Shown in pieces: positions 54,668 to 64,000 of a stretch of DNA of 64,000 nt. Under the pieces are notes generated by a model. That model made no database searches, had not been told where the DNA came from, and was given only the letters and a program-made list of their open reading frames with translations. Position 1 is the first letter of the stretch; each line of letters starts with the position of its first letter. The stretch is from the NCBI GenBank assembly GCA_964014485.1, contig CAXHAT010000006.1, forward strand, positions 1 to 64,000, given 5' to 3'. The position numbers and the translations under genes were made by a program. This DNA comes from an uncultured Deferribacteres bacterium (lineage in GTDB: Bacteria > Zhuqueibacterota > Zhuqueibacteria > Zhuqueibacterales > Geothermadaptataceae).

Positions 54668-57097
54668 TTACTTGGCGAGAATGATTTTGCGTGACGAACG
54701 ATGGATTGCCTGGCGTCCCGAGGCTTGCAGCGAAACGAGATAGACCCCGCTGCTCACACGCTTGCCGAAATTATTTGTCGCATTCCAGGTAAATGTATAA
54801 GCGCCCGCTGAACGGTTGTCATGAAATTCTTCAAAAATGATTTGCCCAGCGACACTGAAAACACGGATGCGAACGTCTGAAGCTTCAGGCAAATTGTAAC
54901 GCAGCGCCGTTGAAGGGTTGAAAGGATTTGGATAGGCCGGGGAAAGTAAAAAATCGGTCGGCGCGGTTCCGAAATCTTCGTCGTTTACAGCGGTAATTAT
55001 GCTTTTTTCGGTCACTTCGCCGTTCGCCCCGACGAGCCCAAAATTCTCAAAACTAAAATCTGTAATATCAGGCGTACCACCGGAAGCTTCGAATATAATT
55101 TCCACCAGTTCTCCGCCGCTCACGGGCATTTCGCCGCCTGCAGGCACAATCACGCCGACAGCGATTCGCTGCTCTAGTTCCTCAATTTTAGAAAAACTCA
55201 ACGGCTGATCCAGCCATGCGTCGCCAAGTTCAACGGAAAGAATATTGAACCGATCTCCGGGGTAGTTGGCCCGAAAAGCGACTCCTGCGAGAGCGGTTTG
55301 AGAATTAGGCGAGAACGAAACAAACAGACGATATTGATTGGCCTGGCTCGTCGGCGAGACGGCGAAATCAATTCCGCCGTCCGGCGCCGCGGACAACGGG
55401 GCCGATGTTTTGGCTGTACTCCCAGACTGCGTTTTTCCCCAGTTCAAACCGATTGGAATAATGTCTCGCTCGGTAATATCTCCAGCTCCGTCAGCATCGG
55501 CGTGGGTGGCCTCGCGAACGGAAAACGGCCCGGCTAACTGCGGCTGCCATGCAATTCTATCCTGGTCATTTGAACGCTCTGGGCCGTTCAATTCCCAGTA
55601 AACCCCGAGTTGGAGCACGTCGGTCAGTTCCACCGTCCCGTTTGCGTTTGTGTCGCCAGGCCAAACGATCAGGCCGTAGCTATGCGTGACAAGATCTTTG
55701 GGCGTTATCGCGACTTCACAGCCGGAACCGTCGTCAGTCGACAAGTCGATGATTGCAAAGGGCAGCGCTGTGCTGTCGGGCGTATTGCCGTCTGTTTCAA
55801 AAACAACTTCGGCAATCCCGCCTTTTCCCGTGAGCGGCACGCCCGGATCAGTACGTTGATATGAAAAACGAATCTGCCCCAGCGTTTCATCCACAACAAC
55901 GTCGAATGCATCTGACGGCGACGTTTGCAACAGTGCGCCTCGTTGAATATGGTCGGCGTACGGCGTTTTAACGCTCAGAAAAGTCGTGTCAAAAGTCAAC
56001 GTGAATTTGAGCTGGGTCACTGCAAAAATGTCAGCGCCGTTTTCAGGCGTCTCAATGCGAATTTTGAACTCTCGCCCCGGATTGGGCAAGCTGTCAGCGA
56101 CCACTTGTAAATCGACCGCAGCTCCCGGCGCAAGGTAGGTTTGCTCTCCGGTTCCGGAATTAGCGTCACGTAGAGCGACGACCTGAACATTTCTCAAGGA
56201 GCCGTCTTTCACGCAACGGCTTGATTGATAGGAAATGCGATACCCTTGATGATCGGTGAGCAGCGAGAAAAGCGTGCGAAAGGCTTCCTCCAATTCAGCG
56301 GTTGTCGGGCTGTCGAGATAAACGCCGCCTGAGTTGTTTGCCATTGCTTGCAGTTCATCCACACCTTCACCTCCGGTCAACCCCAAGCCAATAGAATAGA
56401 CGCGCGTGCTTTCGTTAGCCAGTCTTGCGAGCGTTTCTTCAAGAGTGGCGGCGCTGGATCGATCTCTCCCATCGGAAAGAGTAATGATCGCAGTCTGCCC
56501 TGACGCATTCTGAAGCAGGTCTAACGCCTGATTGACAGCGTCGTAAAGCGCCGTTCTGCCGCCCGAGTTGATGCCGTCAATTGCGTTCAAAAGCGAATCC
56601 TTGTCCTGGGTGAAATTCTGTTCGATGATCACATCCGTTCCAAAGCTCAAAATAGCGGCCCGGCTGCTGTCTCCAAGAAGATTGACAAACGTGCTCGCTG
56701 CATTTTTGGCGTCGGCCAATTCATCGCGAATACTGCCGCTGCGATCTAAAAGAATCGCCACCGATAAACTGCCTAGATTCTCAGTCAATTCTTCCACAAG
56801 GATCGGCGATTGTCGCACGCTGTCTTCATAAACTTCAAAATTCGATTCGGTAAGTCCCAGTTCAAATCCATTCGTTGATGCGTTCCGCACAAAAACGCGC
56901 GAAATAATTTGCGGAAAGCCGCTTGCTTCCAAACTCAAATATTCAACGTTTAATCCCGAAGATAATGACAATGAAGGGGGCGAAGCGTTTCCGGCTTTTG
57001 ACGAATTTTCATTGACCGCTTGAGCCGTAGTTGCCAAAACAAGAGTGCACAAAAGGCCGCGTCTGGCATTGCGGCATACTTTTTTAAATGTTTTCAC
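54668..57097 (-). CDS. Secreted VWA - cohesin - dockerin-like - cohesin protein with T9SS/FlgD C-terminal domain
   Basis: DRSGS / TALYDA / LSDG MIDAS; VWPGDTNANGTV..D and HADADGAGDI..D dockerin-like loops; AYPNPFNP...GVY; GTG start with GGGAG RBS. Confidence 0.82.
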   Translation of the reverse strand: MKTFKKVCRNARRGLLCTLVLATTAQAVNENSSKAGNASPPSLSLSSGLNVEYLSLEASGFPQIISRVFVRNASTNGFELGLTESNFEVYEDSVRQSPILVEELTENLGSLSVAILLDRSGSIRDELADAKNAASTFVNLLGDSSRAAILSFGTDVIIEQNFTQDKDSLLNAIDGINSGGRTALYDAVNQALDLLQNASGQTAIITLSDGRDRSSAATLEETLARLANESTRVYSIGLGLTGGEGVDELQAMANNSGGVYLDSPTTAELEEAFRTLFSLLTDHQGYRISYQSSRCVKDGSLRNVQVVALRDANSGTGEQTYLAPGAAVDLQVVADSLPNPGREFKIRIETPENGADIFAVTQLKFTLTFDTTFLSVKTPYADHIQRGALLQTSPSDAFDVVVDETLGQIRFSYQRTDPGVPLTGKGGIAEVVFETDGNTPDSTALPFAIIDLSTDDGSGCEVAITPKDLVTHSYGLIVWPGDTNANGTVELTDVLQLGVYWELNGPERSNDQDRIAWQPQLAGPFSVREATHADADGAGDITERDIIPIGLNWGKTQSGSTAKTSAPLSAAPDGGIDFAVSPTSQANQYRLFVSFSPNSQTALAGVAFRANYPGDRFNILSVELGDAWLDQPLSFSKIEELEQRIAVGVIVPAGGEMPVSGGELVEIIFEASGGTPDITDFSFENFGLVGANGEVTEKSIITAVNDEDFGTAPTDFLLSPAYPNPFNPSTALRYNLPEASDVRIRVFSVAGQIIFEEFHDNRSAGAYTFTWNATNNFGKRVSSGVYLVSLQASGRQAIHRSSRKIILAK

Positions 57098-57583
57098 TTC
57101 ACATAAACTCCCATGATGCAATTTTAGATTGAAGTATTTAGCTAACCAACCGCGTTTGCGCTTTTTATCGAAAAGTAACTCTGGAATCAAATGCCTCAGC
57201 GTTTTAGCCTGGCTTACCATAACTGGCGACGATAAATCGCCGCACTCCGAAAGCAGCTATTCAGACTTATTTGAAAGCGCAAACAAGCGGAATGTTTTTT
57301 GATCTTTGTTTAATCGCGTCGTCGATTTGGTCGGCTCTTTCGCATTGAGCAAAAGCTGTGCAATGCGCCGAATCATTGTGTTTTCTTAATGTTCCTGCGG
57401 GGGGGTGCGTGAAAATTTGCGAATATCCGCTCTTGAAATTCTTGGGAGTTACGGGAATGAATTACAAGCTCTGCATTTGACCGGCGCTGTGACTACAATT
57501 ATTTCAAGGCAAATTCTTACACTTGGGGCCGGCTTTGGGAATCCGCTTTTGCGGGATTAACTCCGAAATTTGAGTGGACGATT

Positions 57584-58867
57584 ATGCAAATGCACAGGAA
57601 GGCAATGCCGATTAAAGCCTGGGTTGCGGCATTTTCGCTTCTCGTTGCGGCAACGTCGCTTTTTGCGCAAACGAGGCAACCGCAGGCTATTCCGCGATTT
57701 GAAGTCTCGACGGATGGCGCTGCGGGAGATCAAAGCGTCAAAGTAACTTCTGAAAATATCGCAAGCGTAACCAATATCGATAACCTGATCAAGTTTGCAA
57801 GGCGTGCTCGGTTGGAGCAAAACTATGCGGACGCCGAGCGTGCGTTTGAACGGGCTTCATCTCTCGCCAAACCGCTTGGCGCGCCGGAAAAGTATGCTGA
57901 AATTCTGGTTGAGCTTGCCTCTGTTTATCGCACGCTTGGCAAAATTCAAGCGTGCGCGGGTTTACTGAAAAAAGCTGAAAAACTGACGCAAAATCCGGCG
58001 CTGCTGAAAAAAATCGCGACTGAACAGCATCGCTCGGAATACAAAAAAAATCGTTTCGTCAATATCGGATTTCAAGCGCAAGACGACGCACGTGAAACCG
58101 CTCCATCCTCCGTTGTCCGGGACTCGGCAGCCACAGTTTCTTCGGTTCCGACGATCCCCGTAAGTCCCCCAAAGTCATCGATTGCCATCATCGACTCGGC
58201 CTTTACGCCTTCTGCTCAAATCGAGCCTAACGAAAGCGATGTTGTCCCTCAAAATGATGGTGTTTTAAGCGGCGAGAAAGAGGCGTCGGCAGAGGTTGAA
58301 ATAGGGGAGTATCAATCTTGGAATTTGAGTGAAAACCCAATTCTTGCTTCTTCGCAATCGCCTGAGCATTTGGAGCTCGCTCGGCAATCATCCGACCACA
58401 CGTCTCAGCCCAACTCCTTGAGCAATAACAATAAGAATCAGGCAGAAGCGACCCCGGGGCTAAGCATGTTCAGCGTTACCTTGATTATCATAACGCTTAT
58501 TGCCGCGACCGCTCTTCTTATCGTCGGCTTCTCTCCACTGCTGCGCGCGCGGCTGCTGCACGTGACGGGCTTTCATCACGCCGCTTCTGAAATTATTGAA
58601 AAGACGATTGTCGGTCGTGAAAGAGAAGCAAAGCTCTGGATGTTTTTGGCTCAGACCTACTTGGCCATTGAGCGGCAAGATGAGCAGGCAATTTCAGTTT
58701 ATGAAAAAGTGCTCGTTTTAAACATCGTTTGTAAAAATCAGGAAAAAATGAGCTGGATCGTCGCTCAGGATTATCTCGCAAAAAACCGCCAGGATGAATT
58801 CGCGCTGGGCGTTCTGGAAAGAGCGCTTAAGTTCACCAAGCAAGACATGAAACTAGCCGCTTCGTAA
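57584..58867 (+). CDS. Single-pass membrane protein with TPR-like regions on both sides
   Basis: Signal peptide, TPR helices, Ser/Pro-rich linker, TM helix, repeated YLxxxRQDExAxxVxExxL. Confidence 0.72.
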   Translation: MQMHRKAMPIKAWVAAFSLLVAATSLFAQTRQPQAIPRFEVSTDGAAGDQSVKVTSENIASVTNIDNLIKFARRARLEQNYADAERAFERASSLAKPLGAPEKYAEILVELASVYRTLGKIQACAGLLKKAEKLTQNPALLKKIATEQHRSEYKKNRFVNIGFQAQDDARETAPSSVVRDSAATVSSVPTIPVSPPKSSIAIIDSAFTPSAQIEPNESDVVPQNDGVLSGEKEASAEVEIGEYQSWNLSENPILASSQSPEHLELARQSSDHTSQPNSLSNNNKNQAEATPGLSMFSVTLIIITLIAATALLIVGFSPLLRARLLHVTGFHHAASEIIEKTIVGREREAKLWMFLAQTYLAIERQDEQAISVYEKVLVLNIVCKNQEKMSWIVAQDYLAKNRQDEFALGVLERALKFTKQDMKLAAS

Positions 58868-59017
58868 TCAGCCCCATGCGCGCGCAATGATTCAGCCGCA
58901 ATAGCTGCGGCCTTCCCTGTCTCTTGTGTCTCGGATTCCTTCGATAGCGTCGAATCAATCGCTCCGACCCCGTTCGTTTCGTCTTGTGCCGCCGTCGCTC
59001 CGCCCGTACTCTTTTTT

Positions 59018-59809
59018 ATGTCACCCTCAACGCAAAACGATCAAGCTCTGCTTGCCGTCAATCACATCGCTCTCCGATTTGGCGGAGTACACGCCTTGTC
59101 AGATGTGAGCCTGGCGATCAAGCCGCAGTCTATTTTTTCGGTGATTGGGCCAAACGGGGCTGGCAAAACTTCTCTCCTCAACGTTATTGGCGGTTTTTAT
59201 AAATCACAGAACGGCGACGTTTTTTTTAATGGTCAAGACCTCACCAAAATTGCCGCCCACAATCGCGCGGCGCTGGGGATTGCGCGCACTTTCCAGAATA
59301 TTGAATTGTTCAAACACATGACCGTTTTAGAGAATTTGCTGCTCGGCGCGCATATTCATCTGAAATCGGGCGCTTTCAGCGGCGGCGTTTATTGGGGTAA
59401 AACTGAACGCGAAGAGCTTGCCGAGCGCGAACGGATTGAAGAAATTATCGACTTCCTTGAAATCGAACAAATTCGTTACGAAGAAGTCGGCAGGCTTTCA
59501 TACGGCCTGCAAAAGCGCGTCGAGTTGGGACGCGCCATGGCGATGCGTCCCAAATTAATGATTCTCGACGAACCGATGGCCGGGATGACGGTTGAAGAGA
59601 AACAAGAAATGGTGCGCTTCATCATCGATCTTAATGAAGAAAAAGACATCACCATGCTTCTGGTCGAACACGACATGGGCGTTGTCATGGACGTTTCCGA
59701 CCGCGTCGCCGTGCTCGATTTCGGCGAAAAAATCGCTGAAGGCGCGCCGCAAAAAGTCAGGTCAGACATGCATGTCATCAAGGCTTATCTTGGGCAAAAA
59801 TTTGTTTGA
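59018..59809 (+). CDS. livG: Branched-chain amino acid-type ABC ATP-binding protein (LivG-like)
   Basis: GPNGAGKT, IARTFQN, LSYGLQKRVELGRA, LDEP, VEHDM, AYLG. Confidence 0.92.
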   Translation: MSPSTQNDQALLAVNHIALRFGGVHALSDVSLAIKPQSIFSVIGPNGAGKTSLLNVIGGFYKSQNGDVFFNGQDLTKIAAHNRAALGIARTFQNIELFKHMTVLENLLLGAHIHLKSGAFSGGVYWGKTEREELAERERIEEIIDFLEIEQIRYEEVGRLSYGLQKRVELGRAMAMRPKLMILDEPMAGMTVEEKQEMVRFIIDLNEEKDITMLLVEHDMGVVMDVSDRVAVLDFGEKIAEGAPQKVRSDMHVIKAYLGQKFV

Positions 59810-59886
59810 GCTTAAAACTCTCGCAACTCCCGCCTTGCGAATTCGGCTCCAAATCTCTTGAAAAAGTTTGTAGAACGATTAAATAA

Positions 59887-60060
59887 CTGATGTTACGCAC
59901 TCTTGGAAATTTCCGAAACGGTGCCAGAGGAACGTCGCTTTTACGTCATTCCCGCGCAGGCGGGAATCCAGTCAATCGCGCACCGCCCCTGGATTCCCGC
60001 CTGCGCGGGAATGACTTTAACAGGAGTTTCTTTGGTTTCATAGCTGGCGCGTAACATCAG
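59887..60060. mobile_element. MITE family B, copy 4 (174 bp)
   Basis: Perfect TIR CTGATGTTACGC / GCGTAACATCAG; perfect 8-bp TSD TTAAATAA (59879-59886, 60061-60068). Confidence 0.92.
59945..60015. repeat. dRS3-like REP doublet (ATTCCC-N8-GGGAAT)
   Basis: GTCATTCCCGCGCAGGCGGGAATCCA ... TGGATTCCCGCCTGCGCGGGAATGAC, perfect arms. Confidence 0.9.
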
Positions 60061-60112
60061 TTAAATAATTATTGTAAACACAATCCTACCATGAAAACCA
60101 TGATTTCGGAAT

Positions 60113-61075
60113 ATGACCGACACTTTTATTTCGCCAGAGTTTGATCTGTCCAAAAAAATTGTAGCCTTCCAGGGGGATTGCATTGAATTACTCAAACAAA
60201 TCCCTGACAATACGCTTCAATTGATCGTTACTTCGCCGCCTTACAATATTGGCAAAGCTTATGAAAAGCGTTTGCAACTGGAAACCTATGTCGATCAACA
60301 AGCTGCGGTTATTGAAGAATGCGTTCGCGCCCTCTCACCAAAAGGAAGTATTTGCTGGCAAGTCGGCAATTACGTTGAAAAAGGAGCGATTGTCCCGCTT
60401 GACTCCATCCTTTATCCGGTTTTCAATAAGTATGGTTTGAAAATGCGGAATCGGATCGTTTGGCACTTTGAGCATGGGCTGCATTGTAAGAACCGTTTTT
60501 CCGGGAGATACGAAACGATCAATTGGTTTACCAAATCGGATGATTATGTGTTCAATCTTGATCCCGTGAGGGTCCCGCAAAAATATCCTGGCAAGAAGCA
60601 TTTTAAGGGCCCGAACGCTGGGAAATACTCCGGCAATCCGCTCGGCAAAAATCCTAGCGACGTCTGGACGATTCCTAATGTAAAAAGTAATCATGTGGAA
60701 AAAACAATCCATCCCTGTCAATTTCCTGTTGAGCTTGTCGAACGTCTTGTTCTCTCTATGACGAATGAAAACGATTGGGTTTTCGATCCATTTATGGGCG
60801 TTGGTTCCGCTCTGGTCGCTGCGATTCGACGCAAAAGGAAAGCGGCTGGGGCAGAACTCGTCGGCGATTATTATAAGATTGCATGTGAAAGAATTGATAA
60901 GACATTGAACGGCACATTGCGAGTCAGGCCGATGACTCGTCCGGTTTACGATCCTCATCAGGCAGGGAACAGCTTGACAAAATCTCCGTGGCCGCGATCA
61001 CAAAATTCACGACAATTGAAAGTCCTTGACAAAAGAAATTCGGGGTATGAGGCGTCAAGCGATGAAAATAGTTGA
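60113..61075 (+). CDS. Type II site-specific DNA methyltransferase (N4-C/N6-A, beta class)
   Basis: TSPPY (motif IV) precedes DPFMGVGS (motif I); HPCQFP. Confidence 0.93.
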   Translation: MTDTFISPEFDLSKKIVAFQGDCIELLKQIPDNTLQLIVTSPPYNIGKAYEKRLQLETYVDQQAAVIEECVRALSPKGSICWQVGNYVEKGAIVPLDSILYPVFNKYGLKMRNRIVWHFEHGLHCKNRFSGRYETINWFTKSDDYVFNLDPVRVPQKYPGKKHFKGPNAGKYSGNPLGKNPSDVWTIPNVKSNHVEKTIHPCQFPVELVERLVLSMTNENDWVFDPFMGVGSALVAAIRRKRKAAGAELVGDYYKIACERIDKTLNGTLRVRPMTRPVYDPHQAGNSLTKSPWPRSQNSRQLKVLDKRNSGYEASSDENS

Positions 61076-61673
61076 GACATATTCTCATTTGAACGGCCTT
61101 GAATATTTGCTAGTTCATAAAAAGCAATTATGGTCTGAGATTCAGAAGGTCATACAAGGAGTTGATGCGGAAGTATGCAAGACCAAAAAATCGAAAGAAA
61201 AGACCAAAATGGGCAAGTTGCTTTACAGCCCTATCGATATGAACAAATCTTTTAGCGCTCTGCTGAAAGCAAAAAAATGGCAAGAAAGTAGAGTGAGTTA
61301 TTGGGTGACAAAAAATGAAAAACTAATTCGAAAAACGCTTTCGATGCCAGCGGCTGAACAAAAGAAAGTCATTGAAGCGACAGGCGAAACGCCGATTTTC
61401 AGCTACAATCAAACGGATTTTGTTAAAGATCGCGTCGCTGTCGAAGTGCAGTTTGGCAAATACGCCTTTGTCGCCTACGATCTTTTTGTGAAACACTTGG
61501 CGTTTTATGTCAGCGATAACATTGATGTCGGCGTCGAAATCCTGCCAATGAAATCGTTGCAAGCTGAAATGAGTTCCGGCGTTCCGTATTTTGAAGGCGA
61601 ATTTTATAACGTCATTCGTCAAGGTCGCGGCGTTCCCGCCGTACCGCTCGTGATTGTTGGCATTGCTCCTTGA
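61062..61673 (+). CDS. BglII/BstYI family type II restriction endonuclease
   Basis: YSHLNG, NQTDFVKDRVAVEVQFGKY, DVGVEILPMK; overlaps the MTase stop. Confidence 0.9.
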   Translation: MKIVETYSHLNGLEYLLVHKKQLWSEIQKVIQGVDAEVCKTKKSKEKTKMGKLLYSPIDMNKSFSALLKAKKWQESRVSYWVTKNEKLIRKTLSMPAAEQKKVIEATGETPIFSYNQTDFVKDRVAVEVQFGKYAFVAYDLFVKHLAFYVSDNIDVGVEILPMKSLQAEMSSGVPYFEGEFYNVIRQGRGVPAVPLVIVGIAP

Positions 61674-61816
61674 TCTCCAATGCCTTACTGAATATTGCAT
61701 CTCCGTCATTCTCGTTCGGTTAGATTTCGTTTTGGAAAACTAACCTTCGCGCCACACTTTCAAATAATTCCCTTTAAAAAAAACGCCCGTCCCGCCTCAA
61801 AATTACGGAGGAACAA

Positions 61817-64000
61817 ATGCTATTTTCTCGCAAAAACCTGCTTACTGTCACTATCGTTGCCTTCTTTTTTCTTGTACAAACGGCCTCTGCGCAAGTCTTG
61901 CCGGAATCTCTCGGCCAATCATCTTCAGAGGCAACGATCGAATTCGCCGAAGACAAAGCCGAGAAAAAAGCCAAAAATAAAAACCTGCCGCTCGAAGCGG
62001 GACGCACGGTTTCGTTTACCACCAACGAGGCGTCCTGGCTCTCGCTGGATGTCAGCCCGGACGGAGGGACGATTGTTTTTGAGCTGCTTGGCGATCTTTA
62101 CACCCTGCCCATCGCCGGCGGAACGGCCGAGCAATTGACCGGCGGCATGGCGTTCGACGCGCAGCCGCGCTTCAGCCCGGACGGCGAGCGCATCGTTTTT
62201 GTCTCCGACCGCAGCGGCGGCGACAACATTTGGGTCATTTCCACCGACAAAGCCGACACCCTGCAAATTACCAAAAGTAAGGCCGATCTTTACATGTCGC
62301 CAACCTGGACGCCGGACGGCAAGTACATCGTCACCTCGAAATCAAGCGGTCTCGGCGTGGGCAAACTCTGGATGTTCCACGTTGACGGCGGCAGCGGCGT
62401 GCAGCTCATCAAAAAGCCGGACAATTGGCAGACGCTGGGCGCGGCGTTTGGCAAGGACGAGCGCTACATTTGGTTCGCGCGCAGAACCGGCGGCTGGCAG
62501 TACAATGCGCAATTGCCGCAATATCAGCTTGCGATTTACGACCGCGAAACCGGAAAAAATTATACCCAGTCCGCACTCTACGGCTCCGCTTTCCGCCCCA
62601 CGCTCTCGCGCGACGGCAAATGGCTGGTTTACGGCACGCGCCATGACGAACACACCGGCCTGCGTCTGCGCGACCTCGACGCCGGCGACGAACGCTGGCT
62701 GGCCTATCCCGTGCAACGCGACGATCAGGAAGCACGCTCCACCCGCGACGTGCTTCCAGGCATGGCGTTTACGCCCGATTCAAAATCCATCATCGCTTCT
62801 TACGGCGGCAAAATCTGGCGCATCCCGGTCGAGGGCGGCGACGCAGTGGAAATTCCGTTTACCGTTGACGTCAATCTCGAAATTGGGCCGGAATTAACTT
62901 TCGATTACCCAGTCGACGACGCGCCGACTTTCACGGTTAAGCAGATTCGCGACGCGGTTCCTTCGCCGGACGGTAAGAAGCTCGCATTCACGTCACTGGA
63001 TCGTTTGTGGGTCATGGATTATCCCGACGGAACGCCCGCGCGCTTGACCGACATGGCCATCGGCGAGCACCAGCCGCAATGGTCGCCGGACGGCCGCAGT
63101 ATCGCCTACGTCACCTGGGACGTTGACGGCGGGCACATTTACAAAGTGCGCGCGGACGGGCGCGGCAATCCCCAGCAACTCACGCAAAACGCCGCGTATT
63201 ATCGCAGTCTGGCTTATTCGCCCAACGGTAATCGTCTTGTTGCCGTTCGCAGTTCGAAGCAAGGTTTTCTGGAAGAAACCGGCGGGGCGGGTTCGCAATT
63301 GATTTGGCTTCCGGCCAACGGCGGCGCCGTCACGGTGATTTCTCCGACCGAAGGACGCGGCGCGCCGCATTTTCGTAAGAATGATCCTGACCGAATTTAT
63401 CTCTACGCCGGTCTCACCGGCCTGATTTCCATGCGCTGGGACGGCACGGATATTAAAGAGCACGTGAAGGTAAAAGGCGGCACGCCGCCGGGATCGACCA
63501 ACCCGACCAACGCCAGCCTGATCATGATGGCGCCGGAGGGTGATCAAGCATTGGCGCAGGTTCTGAATGATATTTACGTCGTCACCGTGCCCTACGTCGG
63601 CGGCGACACGCCCACGGTTTCGGTGGCGAATCCCGCGGGTGCGGCTTTTCCCGCCAAAAAATTGACCGTTGTCGGCGGGCAGTTCCCGACCTGGAGCGCG
63701 GACGCGAAAAAAGTGCATTGGTCTATTGGCAACGCCCATTTCGTCTACGATCTCGACGCCGCGAAAGCCGCCGAAGACAGCGCCAAAGCGGCAAAAAAGG
63801 CTGCTGCGGCGGATACTTCGAGTGGCGGTTCTGTGGCGGACAGCACTCAAGCGGCGGAATCTGACAGCACGAAATCCAAAAAAGAAGACAAGCCGATTTA
63901 CGAAGCGAAAGAAACGCGCATCAAAATTGAGGCGCGGCGCGACATTCCGCAGGGCACGCTGCTCTTGACCGGCGCGCGCATCATCACCATGAACGGCGAC
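61817..64000 (+). CDS. TolB/PD40-propeller amidohydrolase family protein (runs off the window; absent from the ORF track)
   Basis: Hand translation MLFSRKN...WLSLDVSPDGGTIVFELLGDLY...PRFSPDG...RDIPQGTLLLTGARIITMNGD; GGAGG RBS. Confidence 0.88.
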   Translation, partial: MLFSRKNLLTVTIVAFFFLVQTASAQVLPESLGQSSSEATIEFAEDKAEKKAKNKNLPLEAGRTVSFTTNEASWLSLDVSPDGGTIVFELLGDLYTLPIAGGTAEQLTGGMAFDAQPRFSPDGERIVFVSDRSGGDNIWVISTDKADTLQITKSKADLYMSPTWTPDGKYIVTSKSSGLGVGKLWMFHVDGGSGVQLIKKPDNWQTLGAAFGKDERYIWFARRTGGWQYNAQLPQYQLAIYDRETGKNYTQSALYGSAFRPTLSRDGKWLVYGTRHDEHTGLRLRDLDAGDERWLAYPVQRDDQEARSTRDVLPGMAFTPDSKSIIASYGGKIWRIPVEGGDAVEIPFTVDVNLEIGPELTFDYPVDDAPTFTVKQIRDAVPSPDGKKLAFTSLDRLWVMDYPDGTPARLTDMAIGEHQPQWSPDGRSIAYVTWDVDGGHIYKVRADGRGNPQQLTQNAAYYRSLAYSPNGNRLVAVRSSKQGFLEETGGAGSQLIWLPANGGAVTVISPTEGRGAPHFRKNDPDRIYLYAGLTGLISMRWDGTDIKEHVKVKGGTPPGSTNPTNASLIMMAPEGDQALAQVLNDIYVVTVPYVGGDTPTVSVANPAGAAFPAKKLTVVGGQFPTWSADAKKVHWSIGNAHFVYDLDAAKAAEDSAKAAKKAAAADTSSGGSVADSTQAAESDSTKSKKEDKPIYEAKETRIKIEARRDIPQGTLLLTGARIITMNGD

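Noticed and set aside
57346..57364. sigma54 promoter for the VWA gene (minus strand TTGCAC-N5-TTGC)
   Set aside because: Lacks the invariant GG at -24 and can be explained as part of a small hairpin.
61695..63968. Several ORF-track entries (61695, 62199, 62993, 63669 and others)
   Set aside because: Shadow frames of the open-ended amidohydrolase CDS starting at 61817.

Overview
Bacterial metagenomic contig end: a Nextera adapter remnant occupies bases 11-44. Six secreted proteins carry a FlgD-Ig/T9SS type A C-terminal sorting domain (NxPNPF...GxYF) and there is a PorV-family gene. This points to an FCB-superphylum-related lineage such as KSB1 or Calditrichota (inference only). Housekeeping and metabolic genes: agmatinase, YqjF, clpS, mutY with an intact Nudix box, greA, an S9 peptidase, patatin, a Rieske oxygenase, an APC permease, a malEFG-like ABC transporter, a PIG-L deacetylase, an OpgC-type acyltransferase, a LytS-type kinase without its regulator, manA, an orphan livG, a BglII/BstYI-type restriction-modification pair and a TolB-amidohydrolase cut by the window end. 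Surface proteins include a 2759-aa S8 protease, an HzsA-like haem c protein and a VWA-cohesin-dockerin protein. The most unusual signal is non-coding. At least three families of short non-autonomous TIR elements, each with its own target-site duplication (9 bp, 7-8 bp, 3 bp), act as shells around interchangeable REP-like palindromic cores. They nest inside one another at 52.7-54.2 kb and tend to insert at stop codons. Also seen: a 72-bp palindrome inserted in frame in a signal peptide, an isolated integron-type cassette with a degenerate attC, and a possible split-Fn3 strand-complementation pair among the secreted proteins. No rRNA, tRNA, CRISPR array, transposase or integrase was recognised. 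All calls are by eye from motifs; no searches were run.
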